Assembly: GCF_000372725.1 (NCBI RefSeq)
Contig: NW_005201287.1
Location: 651,081 to 715,080, forward strand
Source of the DNA: Emiliania huxleyi CCMP1516
Lineage: Eukaryota
Direction of reading: 5' to 3'
DNA: 64,000 nt
Shown one piece after another: positions 56,870 through 64,000 of this stretch. A program made the translations under genes and the position numbers. The notes beneath the pieces are model-generated. The model was not told the DNA's origin, searched no databases, and saw only the letters and a program-made list of their open reading frames with translations. Each line of letters opens with the position of its first letter. Within the stretch, counting starts at the first letter, position 1.

Positions 56870-58744
56870 ATGACTGGGGAGACGACGGTGAAGAGCGTGC
56901 CGCGTCCGTTTCGCGCGCCGCCCAGCTCAATCTACGTGCAGCAGCAGCGCCGTGCGCTCGGGGCGAGAGCAGCTCCAAGGGCGTTCAAGGCAAGGGCCGG
57001 CACAGACCCGCTCGTGGTGCAGGCCGCCGCCCTCTCGGGGCCCGCCCGGCCGCTGTGCATGGCCCTGGTCGAGGTGGAGGCGTCGCGCGGGCTCACGAGG
57101 TTCTTCCGCCCTCTCATCGTCTTCACCTTCCTCCTCCTCGTGGCTCTCCTCGGGCTGGTCGCCGTTGCTGTCGTCTGGACACCCGCGTACCGCCTCTATT
57201 GGAGTGACGTGCTGCGGGCCGACCGCAATATCACCGCGTGGCGCGCCAACCAGACGCACGGCGACGGAGGTGGCGCGTGGCAGGACCTGCTCGAGAGGCC
57301 GTCCGACTTTGCGCAGATGGCGCCGCTCCCCTCCGGCTGCCAGGAGTTTGAGACCAACTCGGAGCGGTTGACCAGCGGCGTCGAGGCGATCCTCGACGTG
57401 GCGCTACGGACGCCTTTCCAGGTGGACGCGCTGCCCAACGAGCCGCAGTCCCTGGGCCCGGGCCTGAGGCTCGAGCTTGACTCGCTCGTGGTCGACGAGG
57501 TCCATCACGGCCGCTGGAACTTCGGCCTCTGCTGGCACTCGCCGTGGTGGCAGACCATGCCCGACCAGCTCGTTCTGCGGCTGCGCCGCATCGGGCTCAC
57601 TGCCACGCTCAACATGAGAGTTATCCAGCACGTCCCCTTCCACGGTGATGTCGTTATCACCTCGGGCTCCGCCACCGTCGAGGGCCTCGGCGTCGTTGCA
57701 CTCGACAAGATCGACCTGGAGCACCTGGCGACGCCGGTCCGCTCATGCGAGGGTGATTTTCTGCTCACGATGCAGGGCGCCCACTTCGACGTGGGCGGCT
57801 ACTCCGCGGGCGTGGGGGCGATCCTCGACGGCATCGATGTCGGCAAGGTGTTTCCCGTGCAGGACGTCCTTTGCTTTGGCGAGGGGGCGACCTCTCTATC
57901 GGAGCTGAACCGGCTGCAGGCCAATGCCTCGTCCACCAACGGGACGGCTCCGGGCGCGGCGGGCATGGTTAACGAGATGGTGTGGGAGTACATGCCCTTC
58001 GTCCACCTCGCCACCACGGCGGTGCTGTGCGGCGCAGTGCTCCTCGTCACCGCCTCGCTTCTGGCCCTCCTCGGCACCGTGATGGCAGTCGCCGCCTATG
58101 TCGACGACTCGCCGCGTGCGCTGTGCCGGGTGGCACTCGTCGCATCGGCGCTCTGCGGGCTCGTCCTGCGGATCGGCTGGTCCAACCCGGCCGCGGGCAC
58201 CGCCGCTTGCCTGCTCTTGCTCGCCCTCCTCGTCGCTTGGAGGCTGCTCGCGTCGGCCGCGTCCCAAGTCCGCGCCGCCGCCGCCTCTCCACGCCGCGCT
58301 GCCGTGCTCGCTGGCAGGGCGGGCGCCGCGCTGACGGTCGGCTACCTGCTCTGGGAGAACGCCGGCACGACGGGCGCACGGCCGCTGCTCCTCCTCTATG
58401 GGCTGACGGCGACAGCCGCCATCGCCTCGCTCGTGATCGCGCCCTTTTGCACCGCAACCACGGCCTGGGGGGTGGGGGAGGTTGGGCTCGCTGCCACCAA
58501 GGTGGGGCCGCCCTCGGCCACGCGGTCGCCGGTGCGCTCGAGCACGAGCGACAAGTTCGCAGCGCGGCTGCGCCTCTTTGAGGCGCTCAACCTGCGGCTG
58601 CACGGGCTGCCGCGCTGCTACGTCTACCTCCTCGCCGCGCTCCTCCTCGCCGGCTTCGTTGTCGTCTTCTTTTCGCTCGACTTTTCCCGCGAGCTCAACC
58701 GGCGCACGCAGTACTCCGAGGCGCCCATGACGTCTCGCTTGTGA
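56870..58744 (+). CDS. Multi-pass membrane protein with beta-rich luminal domain, intronless
   Basis: Long ORF with an N-terminal TM segment, N-glycosylation sequons (NIT, NQT, NAS, NGT) and about six C-terminal TM segments. Confidence 0.7.
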   Translation: MTGETTVKSVPRPFRAPPSSIYVQQQRRALGARAAPRAFKARAGTDPLVVQAAALSGPARPLCMALVEVEASRGLTRFFRPLIVFTFLLLVALLGLVAVAVVWTPAYRLYWSDVLRADRNITAWRANQTHGDGGGAWQDLLERPSDFAQMAPLPSGCQEFETNSERLTSGVEAILDVALRTPFQVDALPNEPQSLGPGLRLELDSLVVDEVHHGRWNFGLCWHSPWWQTMPDQLVLRLRRIGLTATLNMRVIQHVPFHGDVVITSGSATVEGLGVVALDKIDLEHLATPVRSCEGDFLLTMQGAHFDVGGYSAGVGAILDGIDVGKVFPVQDVLCFGEGATSLSELNRLQANASSTNGTAPGAAGMVNEMVWEYMPFVHLATTAVLCGAVLLVTASLLALLGTVMAVAAYVDDSPRALCRVALVASALCGLVLRIGWSNPAAGTAACLLLLALLVAWRLLASAASQVRAAAASPRRAAVLAGRAGAALTVGYLLWENAGTTGARPLLLLYGLTATAAIASLVIAPFCTATTAWGVGEVGLAATKVGPPSATRSPVRSSTSDKFAARLRLFEALNLRLHGLPRCYVYLLAALLLAGFVVVFFSLDFSRELNRRTQYSEAPMTSRL

Positions 58745-59176
58745 CGGGCGCATCTCGTGTGTCACACTCTGTGTGTCTCTGTGTGACTCTCCTGTGCATT
58801 GCCGCTTTTTCTGTATTCCGACACACCGCTCACCGGCGCCCGCGAGGCTGGGCGGAGGCCGGAGCGGATGTAAGAACAAATTAGATTAACGTTTGGATTT
58901 CTACGTTCTTTGGAGCACCTGGAGTGTCTTTTTGCTTTAACGAAAGACGGGTGCGCGTGTGCACGGCGGCGAAGCATGTCCGAGGGTGAGTAAAAGTGTG
59001 AGGTTTGGTGGAGGCTGTAGCGTCGTCGCGCGTAAGAAGCGTGGTGAAATTTAGAAAAGGAGTTGCGGTGTTGATCGCCGCGGGAGCCCTCTTATTCCGC
59101 GACCCCCAACCTAGCTGCCCGGGCCTCCCACCTCACAAAGATTTGGCAAGAGCCACAAAGATTTGGCCGTCCACAA

Positions 59177-60691
59177 ATGAGTGGCCAGGCCTCGTCCTCG
59201 ACCGCAGCCGCGCCCGGCGCTCCACATCCACGGCCGCAAGGCAGGGCGCCGAAGGAGCACACGTGGGATGGAAGCTACGGGGAGAGCGGTGCCTGGCTGC
59301 ACAACGTCACCGGGCTGCCCTGGGCCAAGGGCGGGCGATCAGCAGCCTCGATGGCTCAGCAGCGCGAGCGCAAGCGCGAGGACAAGCGCGACAGGAGCGG
59401 CAGGCCGGAGGCGTCCGGCACGCAGAAGCGCAAGAAGGGCGCGGTGGAGGCGGAGCGGCGCGACAGGAACCGGCGGCTGAACGTCATCAACCAGTACCGC
59501 ACAGCGGCTCGCAAGAAGAAGAAGATCCCACTCGACTCGAGCCAGGTGGCGCGCACTAGGGAGGAGAAGCGGCTTCTGGGCGACAATTTCGTGCACGAGG
59601 GCCAACGCGTGCGCGTGATCGAGGGGCTGCACGCTGGCTGCTGCGGCGTCGTGCTCGAGCGAGCCGTGCTGTGGGAGTGCGGCAGGGCGGTCACGGCCGT
59701 CGTTGAGCCGGAGCATCACCATGATGTGCTGCTGGACGAGGATGAAGATGAGGCCGGGCCGCGCCGCATTTCGCCTTACCAGGTGGAGCCGTGGCCTCGC
59801 GTCGGGCAGCAGGTCGGGCTTGATCTTAGCTTGATCTCAGCTTGATCTCAGCTTGATCTCGGCTGGACCCTGGCTGGATCTCGGATCTCGGCTGGATCTC
59901 TGCAGGTTTGCTGGCTGCCCGGCGAGCCCAACGCGATCGCCACGGTGACGTCTTTCCACGGCGGCGACGACAACGGCAGCGGCTACATCCTCTCTCGCCG
60001 CCTCTACGCCTCGCCGGCGACCGTCGAGGCGATGGCGGGTGGCGAGGTGCGTGGGACACGAGCAGCTTGAGTCATGAGCAGCTTGAGTCATAAGTCACGA
60101 GCTAAGAGTCACATAGCCGTGCAGGTGCGCGTCGGCTCGTGGGTGCGGCTGCTGCCGCCGCATCCAGAGTCATCGCCCGAGCTAGACGTCTCGACAGCCA
60201 GGCTGCCCGACGAGCCGTCGATCAAAGACGCGCAACGGATGCTTCACGAGCTCAACCTGCATGACGTCGCTGAGTTCAGCTCGGAGCAGCTGCACGAGCT
60301 CGTGACGTTCCCCTACTATCACCGAGTGCCCGGCTGGCACGCGCCGGCCATGTCTGCACAGCCCACACCGAGCACGCATCCGCATAGCTGGGTCTCAGCA
60401 AGCGCCGAGTTCCTGCCGTTGCGAGATGTGTATGTCGTGCGCGGTGCATGCACGGCGTGCGGAGATTGCCTCGAGCTGGAGTGCGTGACCATGGCATCTC
60501 ATGATACTCTAGAGCCGCTCGGTAGCGAAAGCGAGCGAGATCCGTGCTGCGCACATTGCAACCACGACCACATGTTCAAATGCGCGCACATGGGTCACGC
60601 CGGCGAGTGTGTGTATTCGTGCCCAGAGTGCGAAGTGTCCGGTTCGAGCGATGGCGAGTCGGGTGCCAGCGATGACGACAGCGGTGAGTAG
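59177..60691 (+). CDS. Hypothetical basic protein with KOW-like motif and Cys/His-rich C-terminus, about three exons
   Basis: EGQRVRVIEGLHAG..GVV is KOW-like. Two low-complexity introns lie near 59813-59905 and 60047-60124. CxxC/CxHC clusters occur at the C-terminus. Confidence 0.5.
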
Positions 60692-60791
60692 GTGAGTCTA
60701 CCCTAAAAGTACTCCATTGTACCCATGCGGAGCCTTTATTTTTCCTCGCGGACTGGCCGCATTCTGGGTGGGATCTATTCGGCGAGTTCAC

Positions 60792-61502
60792 ATGGCGCTC
60801 GGCCTCACGGACAAGATTGGGTACGCTGTGGTTCTCGCACTGGCGGCGCGCCTGACGCTGTTGAACCGTAATTTTGTCAATGGGCCCTACACGCAGCCGA
60901 CGACAGCGCAGACCGTCGTTGACGTGCAGCGGCGAATCCGAGACATCCGCGCGCTGACGCGTGCATACGAGCCCGTCTTTGGCACAATCAGCAAGGTGCA
61001 CGGTTCTTACGAGGTCAACAAGGGCGTTGGTGAGCCATACGGCCGCTTCCATAGCTTCAAGCTCTTTGACGGCGGCTTCGACTACTCCATGGACTGGCAT
61101 CTCGGCGGACCGGGGACGCCAATCTCATTCAACTGCACGTGCCACAACGTGCTCGAGCCTGCGGATGAGGCGCGCCTGCCTGACGCGCTTAGTCGCCTGC
61201 CTCTTACCACTCGCCTCGAGAGAGCTGGCCTCGCCACGCGCGCAGACCGAGAGCCGGCCGACGACTGTGCGCGGCCGCAGCGACGTGCGAATGATGCGCG
61301 CCGCGTGCCCGCCGCAGGGAGTGCGACTAGTGCGCACCGTCCACTTCCAACAACTTGGGAACTGGGCGGTTCCTCTGTGGTTGGTGACCAAGCTCAACTC
61401 TGGAGGGCAAAAGGCGGAGCTCGCCGAACTCGCAAAGCTGGTTGCTTGAGCCGCGCGGATTGTGCGCCAGCGTTGTGGGCGGCGGAGGGAGGGAGGGGGT
61501 AG
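60792..61502 (+). CDS. Hypothetical protein, possibly a fragment
   Basis: Coding-like composition over 60792-61260; no family recognised. Confidence 0.35.
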   Translation: MALGLTDKIGYAVVLALAARLTLLNRNFVNGPYTQPTTAQTVVDVQRRIRDIRALTRAYEPVFGTISKVHGSYEVNKGVGEPYGRFHSFKLFDGGFDYSMDWHLGGPGTPISFNCTCHNVLEPADEARLPDALSRLPLTTRLERAGLATRADREPADDCARPQRRANDARRVPAAGSATSAHRPLPTTWELGGSSVVGDQAQLWRAKGGARRTRKAGCLSRADCAPALWAAEGGRG

Positions 61503-61503
61503 G

Positions 61504-61592
61504 GAGGAGGACGAGGAGGACGAGGAGGACGAGGAGGGAGGAGGAGGAGGAGGAGGAGGAGGAGGAGGAGGAGGAGGAGGAGGAGGAGGAGG
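61504..61592. repeat. (GGA)n microsatellite
   Basis: Directly visible. Confidence 0.95.
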
Positions 61593-62187
61593 AGAGGAGG
61601 GGAGGGGGGGGGGGGGCGAACAAACCAAACCAGCCATTCTCCCCGGCCGATGGCTGCGACGGCTGTATGACAGCCATCATGCGGCCGGGGCTGAGATCTA
61701 GGCGTGCCAGCCATCCTATAGTTCACCTTCAACCTCTTAACCCCGTCAACGCTCAAAAGAGCGCTGCACGTCCCTCTCTTTCTCTCTTTAGTTTTGGCTC
61801 CAGGCTCCAGCGGCAGCGCGCGCCGAGTTCAGTACGGCTCTACGTCAATACGTGTTTCGTTTCATCAAGGGGGAGTTTTGTTGTGAAATTCTTCATCGTT
61901 GTCCTCCCGTCCTCCGAGCGTGTGCTAGGGGCCCAGCAGACAGGAGAGGTACGGCTCGGCTCTAGCCTGGGTTCCGGCTCCTAGCCAGATAGGGGGTCTG
62001 TTGCCTATGACTCGCACCATAGGCTGGCGGCTCTGTGCTTCGGCAGGCTGGGGTCGAAGGTTACGGCTTACGGTCCTGACACGAGAAGCACGCGTGTGGC
62101 TAAAGTGCCACGTCCGACGACAGCAGCCCGACAGCAGCGCCGACAGCTCGGTGCCTTCTCAGTCTCGTCTCTCGGAAGACACACACG

Positions 62188-64000
62188 ATGGCCCGCGCTC
62201 AGCGCTGCGCTCCGACCACTGCTGTGATTGGCGCCGGCTTAGCACTCCTCCTCCTCAACAATGAGCTGCTCTCACACGCTGCGGGCCGAGGCGGTGCCGA
62301 GGCCAGAGAGCCACTCCTTTTCGATGACACGCCGCGTGTGGAGGCCGGCGCAATGCCCGCTGCTGCCACTGAGGCCGCGTCGAATCCGCCACCTTCGCCT
62401 TCGCCACCTCCGCCTTCGCCGCCACCTCCACCGCCGCTGCCCCCGCCACCGCCTCCGCCACCGCCTCCGCCACCGCCTCCGCCACCGTCGCCGTCACCGC
62501 CTCTGCCTCCGCCGTCGCCGTCGCCACAGCTCGTCTTCCCGGCCACCACTCCAGCCGGTGCGGCCAACTCGACGGCGTGCGGACCGGGCCGCTCTCCGTA
62601 CCACGTGCTCCTCACCGCCTCGTCCGGCCACTACCAACGGTGGCAGACCCGCGTCTTCTTCCACCACTACACGGCCATCAAGGCGGCGCACCCGTGCTCG
62701 GACCTGGGCGGCTTCACGCGGCTGCTCACCCTCCCCGACCGCCTCACGCTGGCGGAGGAGGACCGCGGCCTCTCCGCCGTGATGACGACCATCGTCGCGA
62801 GGGAGCTAACCAAGGCGCGGCGCGGCCGCGTCGCAGTGCGGCCGCGCGCGGAGTGTGATGGGGCGGTCTCATCACACGAACGCGGCGTGTAGGAGACGGA
62901 GGACCTCGGCTTCGTCGTGCTCAACCGGCCAACCTCGATCCGCGCCGTGCTCGCGTCGGGGCATCTCGCCCCCTCTCGCGGCCCCCGCCACACACGCGCG
63001 CGACTCGTGTCCCGGCCCCTTGCGGCGCAGGCAGCTCGCCGCGCGGCTGGCACCGGACGAGCGGCACGTCTTCATCGTCGAGACGGACCACGTCCTCCTC
63101 AAGCCGCTCCCAAACTTGCTCGCCACCGCAGCTGGGGGCGAAGAGGCCGCCGTTGGCCCGCCCGAGCACGCCTCCGCGACACGCGACACGCCCACGCACA
63201 TGCTGCATGCACAACATGCACAACATGCATGCACGTGCTGCACATGTCACATGCACATGTCCGAGACCTGCCCCTCAGGCCGCCGCCTACCCCTTCCACT
63301 ACATGGACCCGAGGCGGCCGGGGTGCGCGCCCATCGTGCGGCGGCACGCGGGGTCGGCCGAGGCGGCGGCGCGCGTGCAGCAGGTCGGGCCGAGTCCGCT
63401 GCTCATCTCGCTCGAGGCGCTGCGCTTATTAATAGTTAATTAAGCGCTTAATTAATTACTAAGTAAGCGCTCATCTCGCTCGAGGCGCTGCGCCGCGTCA
63501 TCGACGGGCGGCCGGCTGCGCTTCGTCGGCACGAGAGGCGCGGCCGGCGCCCTGATTGCGCGGCCCGTGTGGCGGAGTAGGTGGGTCAACATCTCCTTCG
63601 ACATGAAGCGGGACGGCGAGGCGGACGCCGAGTTCAACTGGATGCTCGAGATGTGGGGCTACTCCGTCGCAGCGGCGCGCGCCCCCCTCAAGCACTTGGT
63701 GGTCGAGCGGCTGCAGATCGAGCCGTCGCAGCAGTTTGGCGTCCGGATCACGCCCGAGGCGGCGGGGCCGCGCTGGTACGAGGCCGGGGGCGAGCCGACG
63801 CACCACGTGCTGCACTACACTTTCTCGCACGAGTTCTCGCGCGACGGGGTGCGAGGGAGGGGGCGGAGAGGGAGGGGGCGGAGAGGGAGGGGGCGGAGAG
63901 GGCACACGCACACACGCACACACACACACACAAGAGAGGGGGGGGGGGGAAGGGAGGGGGGGGGGGGGGGGGAAATTGCCCCCCCCGTGATCCGAGCGGA
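62188..64000 (+). CDS. Hydroxyproline O-arabinosyltransferase (HPAT/GT95)-like protein, multi-exon, runs off the window
   Basis: Signal anchor and Pro stem; PYHVLLT...YQRWQTR, GGFTRLL, FVVLNRP, ETDHVLLKPLPNL, AYPFHYM, GPSP, WMLEMWGYS. Confidence 0.88.

Noticed and set aside
9422..64000. Functional gene cluster (redox or glycosylation genes)
   Set aside because: The genes are functionally unrelated and dispersed; the two selenoprotein genes are 42 kb apart.

Overview
High-GC, intron-rich eukaryotic genomic DNA with short GC-AG/GT-AG introns, proline-rich low-complexity exons and three N gaps. The style resembles a haptophyte such as Emiliania huxleyi (inference). About 25 genes or fragments are recognisable, including a lipoxygenase, a RUS/DUF647 protein, ALG13, a pentameric ligand-gated ion channel, TMEM184, a Trf4/Cid1-like nucleotidyltransferase, a REV1-like protein, an ADP-ribosyltransferase-LRR fusion, a PP2C-like protein, an ammonium transporter, a ShKT-SURF4 protein, Fes1/HSPBP1, an ankyrin-RING protein and a hydroxyproline arabinosyltransferase. 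Main findings: (1) two selenoprotein genes that the ORF track splits at an in-frame TGA (a SelU/PRXL2-like protein with UxxC, and a Prx5-type peroxiredoxin with Sec at the peroxidatic position), each with a SECIS-like hairpin in the 3' UTR and the same AUGAC/CGAG core; (2) an oriented ~28-nt upstream motif in six copies, two of which abut the 3' end of a 5'-truncated non-LTR retroelement, suggesting promoter-targeted retrotransposition; (3) introns that look made by exon duplication plus low-complexity filler; (4) a two-copy MITE with terminal inverted repeats and a target-site duplication; (5) an N-terminal peptide shared by two unrelated proteins; (6) probable pseudo-enzymes (REV1-like, PP2C-like). 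Exon boundaries were read by eye and are approximate.
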